A stretch of DNA of 33,509 bases from Octopus bimaculoides (lineage: Eukaryota), in the NCBI RefSeq assembly GCF_001194135.2, contig NC_068986.1, positions 34,864,451 through 34,897,959 of the forward strand. The letters run 5' to 3'. Positions 10,978 through 23,743 of this stretch are shown here, piece after piece. Position 1 is the first letter of the stretch. Each line of letters opens with the position of its first letter. Both the position numbers and the translations under genes were made by a program. Under the pieces are notes generated by a model. The model was given only the letters and a program-made list of their open reading frames with translations. It ran no database searches and was not told where the DNA came from.

Positions 10978-11275
10978 AAAGGTGGTGGATTGGTGGCGAA
11001 TCATTGGAACATTAGGAAAACTGCTTTGCAGTATTTGTTCTAACTTTTTACATTCTGAGTTCAAATTCCACTGAGGTTGACTTTGACTCAAACCCCTCCC
11101 CCAAAATGGCTGCCCTTGTGGCAAAATTTGAAACCATTATTATTATTATTATTATTATTATTATAAGTACCAGTGAAACACTGGGGTCGGTGTAATCAAC
11201 TAGTCTCCTCCCCACAAATCCGAGCCCTAGTGCTTCCGGTAGAAAGGATTATTATTGTTATTATTATTATTATTA
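10978..11275 (+). mobile_element. Internally deleted family A copy plus a family A 3' fragment
   Basis: GAGTTCAAATTCCACTGAGGTTGACTTTG; AAGTACCAGTGAAACACTGGGG...GTAGAAAGG with (ATT)n. Confidence 0.7.
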
Positions 11276-11794
11276 GGTCAGTGGATTGCCAGAATCTGAA
11301 CTGATCAGGGGCTAAACATGTCATTTATCTCCATAAAGAACTTATTTGGCTGTTGCATTTTTTTATATAGTAGTGTTACTTCATCTAAAGATCCAACCTA
11401 TATAAACAGCAGTTCCTCATTCATTGGTTAGTAATAAGTTCTACCGTGTAGTTATTTTAGTCGTACCAGTGTGCTAATTGCATAAATAATTCTGTCATCT
11501 GCATTAAAAGAAATTAAAAAAAAAAAACAAACGTATTCATGCTTCTTTGCTTGGCATATTTTGACACCCCTAACTCAACAGTTTAACAAAGAACCGTGCC
11601 ATATGTTGAACTTTGCTCTTAGTTTTTCTTTCTGGAATGACAGCTTTTATTTTTGGTAAACAATGTAACTCAGCTTTTACGAGCCGTTCAACGAGGCAGC
11701 TTGTTAAAATATTTTGTGTCTAACTCAATTTGTTGCATATAAGTTTTGTCAACAAAATTTCATGTAGTCCCCACTAGGGCCATATGGACCCTGA

Positions 11795-11807
11795 TTGAGA
11801 ACCACTG
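11795..11807 (-). mobile_element. Possible hAT-type terminal inverted repeat end (CAGTGGTTCTCAA)
   Basis: Matches a common hAT/Charlie-type terminus; no partner end found. Confidence 0.3.
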
Positions 11808-12506
11808 GAAATAACAACCTAATATTACTCGAGTTACATTTACCATCTTATATAAAGACAGGGAACATTAGATAATGTTGACCTGAATGAATGAGTGAGT
11901 AAATATTCTCATTCTTTTGACTGAGGGAGGGCTTCACACACTCATCTCATTCACTGCATCTTCATGCTCTCTTTTGGATGTGTAGGGGTCGGTGAGTAAG
12001 GATTCCCTTCCAACTCAATTTGCTGTTTGGATTAGGTCCCTTAACCTTCACCTCTTCACAGTCTCTTACATGTAGTGAGGGTTATATGATCAGTGTTGTC
12101 CATCTTCTGTGTAGTCCTACAAGCTCCGAAATATAGTCGTATATTGGCTGTGGTTGGATTTCTAGAGATGATAGGTCTGTTGGATGATGGTTGATTTATG
12201 GCTAAATAAACAACCACACAACAATGGATCACAGACTGATTCATCAAAACTTGTAGATATAAAAGGAAGCATAGCTACAATGAAGAAAAATCATAAGAAA
12301 TGCTATAAATAATTGAAGGGAAATGGTAGAACAAAGTAGCCTTCACTTGCAGTAAAACTCTTTCTCTGCTTGAGACATTGGATATACTAACTACATACAA
12401 ATTAATAACCATTGTGAAATCTCGGGTTCTCAGCTGTAACACATGTGCTAGTTGTGAGGATCTGCATATATACATGCGCACTAACCACATCATAAGTTTA
12501 TATAAG

Positions 12507-12895
12507 CACAGGTGGGATTGTGTGGTAAGAAGTTTACCTCTCCAGCCACATGGTTTTGAGTTCAGTCCCCCTGCATGGCAACTTGGGCTAGTGTCTTCTC
12601 TTTTAGCCTTAGGCTAACCAAAGCCTTCTGAGCAGATCTGGGATTTGGTAAGCTAAAAGAAACCTCTGTGTGTGTGTGTGTGTGTTTGTCCTCTATCCCT
12701 GCTCAATAGCCAGTGTTGGTTTTCTTACATCCTCATAACTTAGCAGTTTGGTGAAAGAGACCAATAGAATTAGTACCAGACTACCAGACTTTAAAACAAC
12801 AACAAAAAGAAAATTAGTACTGGGGTTGATTTGTTTGACTAAGGTGTTGCTCCAGCATGACTGCAGTCCAACATCAGGAACAAGTAAAAGATAAC
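12507..12895 (+). mobile_element. SINE family B, full length
   Basis: Same head, internal (TG)n and 3' domain as 9500-9899. Confidence 0.8.
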
Positions 12896-13299
12896 AGATA
12901 CTACATACAAACCAACCCCTATGAAATCTCGGTTTTCAATTGCAACATATGTTTTGCTCATGAGGAGCTGTGTACGCATGCACACACATACACACACACA
13001 CACACACACGAAGCATATCATAACTTAAATGCTATTTATTCCCAGATAGGCTGGCTCATACACATTTTCCTTATCTGGAATACTTACAATTATCATAATT
13101 TATAATTAGTGCTTGATTAGAAATACTATCTTTTGCTGACATTTTTCATAGTTGCTTTTCATCAAATAAACCATACAAACATGTATCCTGCATGCACACA
13201 ACCTGATTTATATACTAACATGTATAACATGTATTTCAAACGCTGTGCAATGAGGAAGGACGATTCTTACTTCATGTTTCATGCCTTTTCTCTTCAGTT

Positions 13300-13589
13300 T
13301 TGTACATGCTGACGTATGCACACTCACATACATGAATATGCACTCACACATACATGCACAAGCATACACATTCCTTCCCTCTCTCTCTCTCTTTTTATCT
13401 TTCTCTCTTGAAGATAAGAAGCCACCATTTTAATATGACTCTGTGTGTGTATGTGGATGTATATTTATGTATATATATATATATATATATGCGCATATAT
13501 ATATGCACACACACTGTCTATATTTAGCTAACAGCCAATCCGACTTAGCAGTGGAGTGGAGGTGTTGGCTACTAATAAATCACTTGTTA

Positions 13590-13627
<38 letters not shown>

Positions 13628-14382
13628 CATATCTCTCTAAAGTGTGAAGTGTTGTTTGGTATCAAAAATAAAAGCAAGTTTATTTATTTATTATTGACTT
13701 ATGTAGATAATGTTAAGGACAGAAGCAATGCACACACACACACACACACACATACATAGACGCATACTCATCTGTGCATATTCAGATATATATTAAAACG
13801 CACATGGTTACATACTTACAAACATGGCTATACACATGCATAGATACACATAAACATTCGTATGAACACATACTCTCCAGCACATATTGAAACATATACG
13901 ATATACATAACATATTTTATACACAGACGCATTCACNNNNNNNNNNACACACATACATAGACGCATACTCATCTGTGCATATTCAGATATATATTAAAAC
14001 GCACATGGTTACATACTTACAAACATGGCTATACACATGCATAGATACACATAAACATTCGTATGAACACATACTCTCCAGCACATATTGAAACATATAC
14101 GATATACATAACATATTTTATACACAGACGCATTCACTTACAGTCACATAAGCACATACTCACCAGCACATATTCAGAAGTATTAATATACACACACATG
14201 GTTGCACAAACACACACACATACCAGAATACACTCACATACACAATCATTAGCACACTTGCATGCAGACACAACTACATATGCAAACAGATAAATCAAAC
14301 ATTAACACACACATACACATATATGCATACATACAATCAAGCAGTGCATGTGCATTCATGTACACATACATACACAATTAAA

Positions 14383-14413
<31 letters not shown>

Positions 14414-14600
14414 CCACACCATACCTCCATTCTAACCTGCACATACATACACTCAGACATTAGCAAACACATTTATATACATATGCATACACTCAATCAT
14501 TAAACTACATACATACATAATCAAAAATTAACATGCGCATATACACATTGAAACATGAACACACACACACACACACACACGCGCGCATACACACTAACAG
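13300..14600. repeat. Degenerate (CA)n/(TA)n/(CT)n microsatellite field
   Basis: Directly visible low-complexity sequence. Confidence 0.85.
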
Positions 14601-15677
14601 TCTCCAAAAACTCTGCTGCTACCACCTCCATCTTCCCATCCTTTCTCCACCGCTTCCACCATCACCACCACCGCCTGAATGAAATGACATATCAGCTATA
14701 ACTTCTCTATACAATCCGACTCTGGGGCCACACTAGCAGGAATTGAGCCTGTCTGAGGCTTTAGAATTATTTTACAATGCAAACAAAAGCTTGACATTTG
14801 CCATCCAACCTTACAGTTCTTTCCAATATTCCACAAAAGCAATACAAACCTAATGGCAGTGTGGAAATGNNNNNNNNNNNNNNNNNNNNNNNNNNNNNNN
14901 NNNNNNNNNNNNNNNNNNNNNNNNNNNNNNNNNNNNNNNNNNNNNNNNNNNNNNNNNNNNNNNNNNNNNNNNNNNNNNNNNNNNNNNNNNNNNNNNNNNN
15001 NNNNNNNNNNNNNNNNNNNNNNNNNNNNNNNNNNNNNNNNNNNNNNNNNNNNNNNNNNNNNNNNNNNNNNNNNNNNNNNNNNNNNNNNNNNNNNNNNNNN
15101 NNNNNNNNNNNNNNNNNNNNNNNNNNNNNNNNNNNNNNNNNNNNNNNNNNNNNNNNNNNNNNNNNNNNNNNNNNNNNNNNNNNNNNNNNNNNNNNNNNNN
15201 NNNNNNNNNNNNNNNNNNNNNNNNNNNNNNNNNNNNNNNNNNNNNNNNNNNNNNNNNNNNNNNNNNNNNNNNNNNNNNNNNNNNNNNNNNNNNNNNNNNN
15301 NNNNNNNNNNNNNNNNNNNNNNNNNNNNNNNNNNNNNNNNNNNNNNNNNNNNNNNNNNNNNNNNNNNNNNNNNNNNNNNNNNNNNNNNNNNNNNNNNNNN
15401 NNNNNNNNNNNNNNNNNNNNNNNNNNNNNNNNNNNNNNNNNNNNNNNNNNNNNNNNNNNNNNNNNNNNNNNNNNNNNNNNNNNNNNNNNNNNNNNNNNNN
15501 NNNNNNNNNNNNNNNNNNNNNNNNNNNNNNNNNNNNNNNNNNNNNNNNNNNNNNNNNNNNNNNNNNNNNNNNNNNNNNNNNNNNNNNNNNNNNNNNNNNN
15601 NNNNNNNNNNNNNNNNNNNNNNNNNNNNNNNNNNNNNNNNNNNNNNNNNNNATATGTACAAATGTATGTATATGCAC

Positions 15678-15708
<31 letters not shown>

Positions 15709-15801
15709 CATGTGTATGAATGTATGCATATGTGTTTCTGTATGTGTATGTGTGTGCACATACATGATATGTGTATTAATAGTTGTAGCAAGTGACTTTT
15801 T

Positions 15802-15847
<46 letters not shown>

Positions 15848-16225
15848 CTTGACGATTAATCTGCGAGACGAAAAGCAACACATTCACAGTTTATCTCTTT
15901 CCTTCAGTGCACCATTCTCTATAAAATATTTCGATTCATACATTGAGAGAAATGTGTTCCCTCTCTCTTTCACCATCTCTATCTCTTTCTCTCTCTCTCA
16001 CTCACATTGTCTATTTCTTAGTCACCCTGCCCTTCTCTCTCTCTCTCTCTCTCTCTCGGCCAGTGTTTAATGTGTGGTCTAAAACATATACAGTTATGGC
16101 AGCAAAGAAATGGAAATGCTGTTATGTAGAATATCTGTATTCACAGCATCTTTCCATATAAAAAGATTTGGACAGAATATAAAGAAATGATGATGATGAT
16201 GATGATAACAATAATAATGATGATG

Positions 16226-16258
<33 letters not shown>

Positions 16259-16289
16259 GTAATGGTATTGATAGTATTGATTTCTTTCT

Positions 16290-16420
16290 CAGGCACAAGG
16301 CCAATTTTGCTAAAGAATATAGTCAGTATATATATATAATTTTTACTGTTCGACTATCAACCTTTTCAAGGATGAAAGGCATTTGGGCCTGGAATAAATT
16401 GAACTCAAAACTGGGGAACA
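16290..16420 (-). mobile_element. Degenerate family A copy
   Basis: GGCACAAGGCC...AAGGATGAAAGGCA...TTGAACTCA. Confidence 0.55.
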
Positions 16421-16645
16421 CCAGAACTAGATGGTGTTATTATTCTATGTTTTCCTCGACCTCTTCTGCTAGTTATCTTGCTGTTGACAAGCCAAACAAT
16501 AAGGGGCTGTTTATGTGGTAGTTCAGCTTGCTAGAAATAGCAGCAGCTGAGTTTCCCTTCAATCGAACCTCTAGTACCTTGAAAATGATAGTATTTATGA
16601 TTACACTAGATACACGATGTCTATCTTTTGAGTCTACATGATGCG

Positions 16646-16800
16646 TAGGTGCAGGCACAGGCTGTATAGTTAAGAAGACTGCTTTGTAATCACATGATTT
16701 TGGTTTCAGTCCCACATTGCACAGCACTTGGGGCAAGTGACTTATTAGGATGGGCTAAAAGAAACCTGAATTTTGTGCTCCAGTATGGCCACAGTCTAGG
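16646..16800 (+). mobile_element. Internally deleted family B copy
   Basis: Head GGCTGTATAGTTAAGAAG...GGTTTCAGTCCCAC joined to the 3' CCAGTATGGCCACAGTC. Confidence 0.6.
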
Positions 16801-18076
16801 AATTAAACCATTAAAGAGAAAATATTTTAAAATCCTAATATTTGCTTCCCATGTGCAAATCTTTGTCAACTGATTATAATAATCTTGGGTGGACTGTATT
16901 ATGTTGACAAGGTCCAATAAGTCTGAAATATGCAAATGATTCTTAATGTCTTGAAATTATCTCCCCATTTCTTTCAAAGTCACTCCATGAGGATTTTATT
17001 CTTTGCAAACAACTAGGAATTAAATTTCAATTACTTTGGAAAGTTTTGCCTGCATCATTTGGTGCATCAAGCCTTTTAACTTACCTCAATTCATGCCATT
17101 GGTCTATTTGAGTTATCTTCCCTTCACTTATTAAAAATTTGTCTAATTATGCAAATCATACTGGCAGAAATTTTTTTTTTCTTTTCTAAAAACCATAACA
17201 TGGTTTTGGTAGATCATGCTATGCTGGTGATGATCAAATAGAAGAGAAACATGTCCAGAGTTTTCTCCCTTAGCTACAAACTTTTTTTGTTGTTGTTGTT
17301 CCCTGTGAGAAAGAAATTTCAGTTAATTATGTTTTTCTTTTTTTCTTTCTTAACATAATGTCATTCAGTACATCACCCTTTAACTTAACATAGGTATCTA
17401 AGAATCAGATTTAACCCCCTACTGCCTCAACCATTTCTGTTACTCTATTGGTGGTGGGTGAGTGGGTGGATGGGTAGAATAATGATACTACTGTGGTGGC
17501 AGTGCTGGGGGTGGGGAGTGTGGGAGAAGGGGGTCTTACAGCTCAGATTACTAAATTTGAAGTGTCTTTCATTTTTATTTTTATTTTTTTTCTGTTTATT
17601 TTTGATGAGGGTTGCAATGCTTGTGACAACCATAGCAGCAGTGGTGGTGGCATCGGCCTCTGCGGCTGCTGTTGTTGTTGTTCATTACTATGTCAATAGG
17701 ATTAGCTAGTAGTAATAGCTGATGCTGGGATGGACCCTGAAAGATGCAGGATTCAGTGGTGTAGGGTTCAGTCGAAGGCGAGAGTAGTCATGTCAGATTA
17801 GATATTTCTGGTTAGGCTTGGCAAGATCTTACGGAGATGTACTTGCATAGCAAGTGACCTGATCTGAGATCGTGTGCTGGAACGAAAACAATTGCAGCGT
17901 GGAAGGTGTTTATAAGCCATTTAAAATAACGCACAAAAACTGTTAGATTCATTTCAACATTTAAGTTTAATTTGCCAAAATATTTTCGTCACTTTGAGAC
18001 AGCAACCTGTTCACTGACAGAATTCTGTGCTGCATCACAAGATCTGTTTCTTGGAAAATAATAAATCCTATGTTTC

Positions 18077-18880
18077 ATCAGCACAAGGCCTGCAATTTTT
18101 GGGGGAAGGAGGCTTGTTGATGAGTGTTCAACTGGTACTTTTTCACCAATTCCGAAATAGACTGAAAGCATAGTTGTCCTCAGCAGAATTTGAACTCAGA
18201 ACGTAAAGATGGAAGATATACCAATAGACATTTTGTCTGGCATGCTAGTAATTATATCAGCTCACCATTTTAATAATAATAATAATGATGATGATGACAA
18301 CAATAATTATTTCAAATTTTGGCACAAGGCCAGCATTTCAGGCAGTGGGAGTCTAGCATGTCGATTACATTGATCTCAGTATACAACTGGTACTTATTTT
18401 ATCAACTCTGAAAGGATGAAAGCAATAACAACAACAACAACAATAATAATAACGATAATAATAATAATAATAATCTTTTCTACCATAGGCACAAGGCCTG
18501 AAATTTAGCGGGAAGGGGCCTGTCGATTAGATCTACTCCAGTATGCAACTGGTACTTAATTTATTGATCCCCAAAGAATGAAAGGCAAAGTCAACCTCAG
18601 TGGAATTTCAACTCAGAACATAGCAACAGACAAAATACCACCAAGCATTTCACCCCATATGCTAACCATTCTGCCAGCTTGCCATCATAACCCTTTTTAC
18701 CATGGGCTCAAGGCCTGAAATTTTTCTGGGGTTGGGGACTAGGCAATTACCTCAAGCCTTGTTCAACTGGTACTTATTTCATAGATTCTGAACAGAAGAA
18801 AGGTATAGTCAACCTTCATGGAATTTGAACTCAGAACATATAAAGACAACAAAATACCACTAAGCATTTCTGCCAGCTCC
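18077..18880 (-). mobile_element. Cluster of four family A copies (about 18077-18270, 18310-18421, 18475-18685, 18691-18880)
   Basis: Four repeats of CA(C)AAGGCC...AACTGGTACTT, three continuing to GAATTT.AACTCAGAAC; the first three are separated by AAT/AAC/GAT tracts. Confidence 0.85.
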
Positions 18881-19499
18881 CAGTTTTTGTCTAATTTTAA
18901 AAAATTTTCTTTAGTAATGATAAAAATAATAACAATAATAATAATATTAGCATGTAGAATTGACTGGTGGTGGAGGAGGAGGAGGATAGAGCAGGCAAAC
19001 AGGCAGCCTTGATCTTGTTTTGACATCTTTAGAAACTATAAAACTTAATGCTGCTGCCATTGTGGTGGGGATGGGGGTGGGGGACAGGACAGGAGGAGGG
19101 ATTTGGGGTTTCTGGGGACATTTATTCAAGCATAGGGAACATAAATGTACCTTGCATCAAGGTAGTAACAGTAGTGGCAGGGTAGGGGGTGGGGCGGATG
19201 GCAGTATTGGAGGTGGTGATGGTGGTGGTGGTGGTGATAATCTGTCATTGTATCATGTTTTATACTCTGTTGACCCCAACCTTGGACAAGGACTACTCTG
19301 ATAGATTCTCCTCAGTATCCCCNNNNNNNNNNNNNNNNNNNNNNNNNNNNNNNNNNNNNNNNNNNNNNNNNNNNNNNNNNNNNNNNNNNNNNNNNNNNNN
19401 NNNNNNNNNNNNNNNNNNNNNNNNNNNNNNNNNNNNNNNNNNNNNNNNNNNNNNNNNNNNNNNNNNNNNNNNNNNNNNNNNNNNNNNNNNNNNNNNNNN

Positions 19500-19569
<70 letters not shown>

Positions 19570-20000
19570 ATTTCCAGAAGTAATCCCTAGGCATTTATTG
19601 CCACCAGCATTGCTGTCCCTTTCAGTGCATCATCCCTCTTGTTATTCATCTGTATATGTCATTATATTTAAGTGTTGTTTGGTTATTTCAAGAAAAAAAG
19701 CAGTAAAAAAAGAATAAAAAATATATATTCCTTCTAAATTGTTTTGCAAGAGTCATTATAACCCTGTCTCTTAGTCATTATAAACAGATAGGAGTAGCAG
19801 TCAAACACCATTAAAAACAAAAACCGAAAAACAAAGCAAAACTCTTTTATATACAAGAATACAAGAAGCACAAGGGAGCCTCCTCTATATAGCAATTGAA
19901 ACTGCTAGAAATAGCAGTCAAATGTTTTCTCAAATCATACTCTACTACTTGCATATTGAAGATTCACTGATAATGTGACCAATGTGACCCTATTAAAAAT

Positions 20001-20028
20001 TTATCCCTTTTGGTACCAGCCCACCTGT
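20001..20028. mobile_element. Isolated terminus related to the piggyBac-type MITE
   Basis: ttat-cccttttggtaccagcccacctg versus the reverse complement of the 5939 end, ttaa-cccttttgataccaacccgcctg. Confidence 0.5.
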
Positions 20029-20910
20029 GATCAATTCTGGTTGTTTTTTTTCTTTGATAGCTTCCACCAGTTTTATTAGTTGTTGACACTAAACATCTGA
20101 TTTGGTTGTTTCGTACCTTGGAAGCAGCTCAAAATACACAGCACCTTTGTAATCCCAGCAAATTGACAGCATGACCTTTTTTTTTTATGCAATTCAGTTT
20201 TCAATGTGGTTTGTGCTGGGTCATTACGCTTGGACCATGATTGTTTTCAATTGATGTTATTGTAGACAATCCAGTTTTCATCACCAGTGATGATTCATTA
20301 AAAAAAAACACCGATTTCATTGTGTTTGAGAGGCATATCCCAAATATTGATTCATTGTGTTAAGTGAATCTCTTTCAATTTATGTGGTACCCAAATATCA
20401 TGCTTCTTAACGAGTCCAAGACATTTTAAAATGATTTTCAATTGTTGTGTGTGATACATTTAACCTTTCTGCAATCTCTCACACAGTTATATGACAATCA
20501 GCTTCAGTTATGGTTTTGATTCGGTCATCATCTACTTCAGTGGGTCGATCAGAACGTTGGTCATCTTCAAGTGAAAAATCTCCAATGGAATTTTTGACAT
20601 GTGTGTTCTGTTAAGCAATCATTACCATGAACTTCACATATCTTTTTGTGAGCCTCAGCAGATTTTTTTGCTTTTATGGAAATAAAAAGCAAAATGTGGT
20701 GAAAATGTTCGTTTTTACACTCCATGTTAAAATTGACACTGAACTAACAGCTGTAAACAAAATTACGTGCAATTTGCTTCTAAAGTTAGCTAAAATTAAT
20801 GGCTATCAAATGTCAAAAGGTAAAAAATCGTAACATTGACAAAAGTCATTAAAAAAAAAATGTAACTGTCTATTTACTAAAAACGAAATTACTTTCTTGC
20901 CAACCCAATA
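20029..20910 (-). pseudogene. Decayed, 3'-truncated mariner (Tc1/mariner) element with its 5' TIR
   Basis: On the minus strand: TA plus TIR TTGGGTTGGCAAGAAAGTAATTTCGTTTTT (20910-20879). ATG at 20725 gives MECKNEHFHHILLF, then AEAHKKICEVHGNDCLTE, RPTEVDDDRIKTI, WVPHKL (20393-20376), IITGDENW (20294-20271) and WDYKGAVYFELLP. Several frameshifts and stops; the later catalytic Asp residues and the 3' TIR are absent. Confidence 0.93.
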
Positions 20911-21010
20911 CAAACCTCAAAAAGATGGAATGGGTTGTGAAGCCTAGTGAATGGGCTTCATTCTCAGCATGTCAGCATCTGTCTGTTGGTTGGGGGAAAC
21001 ATCTTCTAGG

Positions 21011-21120
21011 AGAGCCTGCTTTCTAACCACATTGTTCCAAGGTTCAGTCCCACTTGGTCAGACCAAAGCCCTGTGAGTGGATTTGGTAGATAGAAACTGA
21101 AAGAAGCCTGTCATGTGTGT
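21011..21120 (+). mobile_element. Deleted family B fragment
   Basis: GGTTCAGTCCCACT...CCAAAGCCCTGTGAGTGGATTTGGTAGATAGAAACTGAAAGAAGCCTGTC. Confidence 0.7.
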
Positions 21121-21121
21121 A

Positions 21122-21225
21122 TTGGAGCCTGGTGTTGCCATCTGGTTTCACCAGTCCTCAGTCAAATCGTCCAACCCATGCTAGCATGGAAAGCAGACGT
21201 TAAATGATGATGATGATGATGATGA
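21122..21225 (+). mobile_element. Family D retroposon 3' end with (GAT)n tail
   Basis: CGTCCAACCCATGCTAGCATGGAAAGCAGACGTTAAA(TGA)n; an inverted copy lies at 30018-30125. Confidence 0.75.
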
Positions 21226-21365
21226 TACACATATATATATATATACATACATACACATATATATATATATATACACACATATATATAATATACACACATA
21301 TATCTATACATACATACATACACGCACATATATATATACATATATATATATGCATATATACATAT

Positions 21366-21399
<34 letters not shown>

Positions 21400-23711
21400 N
21401 NNNNNNNNNNNNNNNNNNNNNNNNNNNNNNNNNNNNNNNNNNNNNNNNNNNNNNNNNNNNNNNNNNNNNNNNNNNNNNNNNNNNNNNNNNNNNNNNNNNN
21501 NNNNNNNNNNNNNNNNNNNNNNNNNNNNNNNNNNNNNNNNNNNNNNNNNNNNNNNNNNNNNNNNNNNNNNNNNNNNNNNNNNNNNNNNNNNNNNNNNNNN
21601 NNNNNNNNNNNNNNNNNNNNNNNNNNNNNNNNNNNNNNNNNNNNATACCTTTTGATAGTCAGAGTAATCTTGCATCTATAGGCTTCCTCAATTGTCTCTG
21701 GCCAGTGCTTGGTCCTTGTCTTGAGGAGACCTTACCATATTTTGTCTACTGTGTATTTCATTACATTTCAATATCCCCCCCCTCCTCTCCTCACAGTACA
21801 TATTTTGTAAATTGTCTCTGCAATGTTCTTTATCTGTCGCCCTTGTGGCAATAATAAAGAATTTTATTAGTGGTATTATATAAAATGTATTATTATTCGT
21901 ATTATATAAAAGAAAACCATTATTATTTTTATCTATTTGTTTATTCTATTTATTGGCATCTGTATGCGTATTCCATTGCATTCTGGCACATGTTATATTT
22001 TCCTTTTCCCCAGTTTGTCTATGATGGTTCTTGCTGTGTTGTTGTTGGTTCCATCATATACCATTCTCTGTATGTAAGAAGAACAATAATAATAATAATA
22101 ATTCTCTCTGATTCTCAATGCTTTATTTTAACATGAAGCATTTCTCTCTGCCCTAAATATTTACACTAATATAACATGAAAAAAAAATTAGAAAGAAAGG
22201 AAAAATTATTGAATATTCCTGGAAATATTGGCACTTTTGCACGAACATAAATATTTGTCCTTGTTTTTGTTCAATTATTATTGTTATTGTTTTTATTGTT
22301 GTTGTTGTTTTATATATTTATTTATAGCAGTTTTATATTTCTTTCTTCATCTATATCTATCTACCAACTGATGTATTGAACTTCTCTTCTGGCAAATATA
22401 TTCAGTTTTTGGTTTGTGGTACACCCTCCATCTACTTTGGTGTATACAATTAACTGGAAATGCTGTAACTGCTTCTGTTGCTGTTGGCCAAGTTACCATA
22501 GCAACTAATGGGTGTTGAAGGAACAATTGCCTAGCTTTTGTTCATTTATCTGTATGCATACATACATATACATACATACATACATATATANNNNNNNNNN
22601 NNNNNNNNNNNNNNNNNNNNNNNNNNNNNNNNNNNNNNNNNNNNNNNNNNNNNNNNNNNNNNNNNNNNNNNNNNNNNNNNNNNNNNNNNNNNNNNNNNNN
22701 NNNNNNNNNNNNNNNNNNNNNNNNNNNNNNNNNNNNNNNNNNNNNNNNNNNNNNNNNNNNNNNNGAGAAGAAGAAAAAACTATTTTTTGTTTTTTAAATA
22801 TTATTGTCAGACTTTGCTGGAAGGAAGTCTTTGGTTCTTCCAAAGTCAGCATGATATCCCATATCACCTTCATAGAATGAACAGTTCTATGCCTTTTTTT
22901 TTTTTTTACCAGTGCTACGACCTATAATATAAACTAATTCAAAATAAACATTCAACGAGGAATTATTAGTCGATGACTAATAAATAACTAATACTGTTTC
23001 CCTTTTGGGTGGAAGGTATCTGTCGGAGACAACTTGAGATCTGTTCCAGGTTTACTCTGATCTCATCAGCAAAGCTTATCCTCAGGTCCTTCATAGCAGA
23101 CACCAATGTAGAGACAGTTTTATTGCAGATATCCAAATTAAATGAGCATTGATACATATTAAATAAGTCTTCTGATCAATAAAGAGATTTTCACTCAGTA
23201 ACTGTTCACAGCCATTTGTCATTCTGAATGGTCCTAGACAACGTAGTTGTGTAAGCATTTGAAATATTGTAGTAGATTGGGAATTCTCTCTCTCTCTCTC
23301 TCTCTTTGCTTTGTTTTTAGAGCATTATTGCCAGAAGTAGCAGATGTGGTATCCAACATCAGGTCTGCTCTGGTTGAGTATACCTATGATGAAAAGATGT
23401 TCAAACTGTATCTATCCTTATTACAATAAATAGTGTAATCCTGCATTATATTTATCCAACGTGTTCTTTTTCTTCTTTCAAGGCCATAGAGTCTGATTCT
23501 AGGAAGATTTGGCTGCTATGTCTAGCAAGTGTAGTGACTCTATAGAGGTACCCTTGTTGGCTCTTGATGTAGTAATCAATAGCCGAAGATGTGTAAAATA
23601 AGTCTATAGTTCTTGTTGTATTGGACAAGATGCACATGCTTATTTTCTCTTAAATTATCTCATCTCTTTTTGGTCACTGATTCTCTCTCTATAAAAATAC
23701 AAATATTCCAT

Positions 23712-23743
<32 letters not shown>

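Noticed and set aside
12056-12247. VVY...YFG pattern suggestive of a GIY-YIG nuclease
   Set aside because: Spacing is wrong and there are no supporting motifs.
13746-14137. Perfect 191-bp tandem duplication (13746-13936 and 13947-14137)
   Set aside because: Identical copies separated by exactly 10 N indicate unmerged contig overlap, an assembly artefact.
1448-18880. tRNA genes or a CRISPR-like array suggested by A/B boxes and repeated units
   Set aside because: The heads run into SINE bodies with no complete cloverleaf, the units are about 200 bp and irregular, and the context is eukaryotic.
21645-21870. Possible LINE 3' UTR ending in AATAAAG
   Set aside because: No ORF2 remnant or second copy in the window to support it.
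22966-23157. Minus-strand ORF with LRISFADEI resembling an RT (Y/F)ADD box
   Set aside because: The motif is imperfect and no other RT motifs occur in the right order.
23329-23429. Protein-like stretch ALLPEVADVVSNIRSALVEY after a tttttAG acceptor
   Set aside because: No similarity to TCF, no good donor, ends in a stop; the flanking TCF exons already join in frame.
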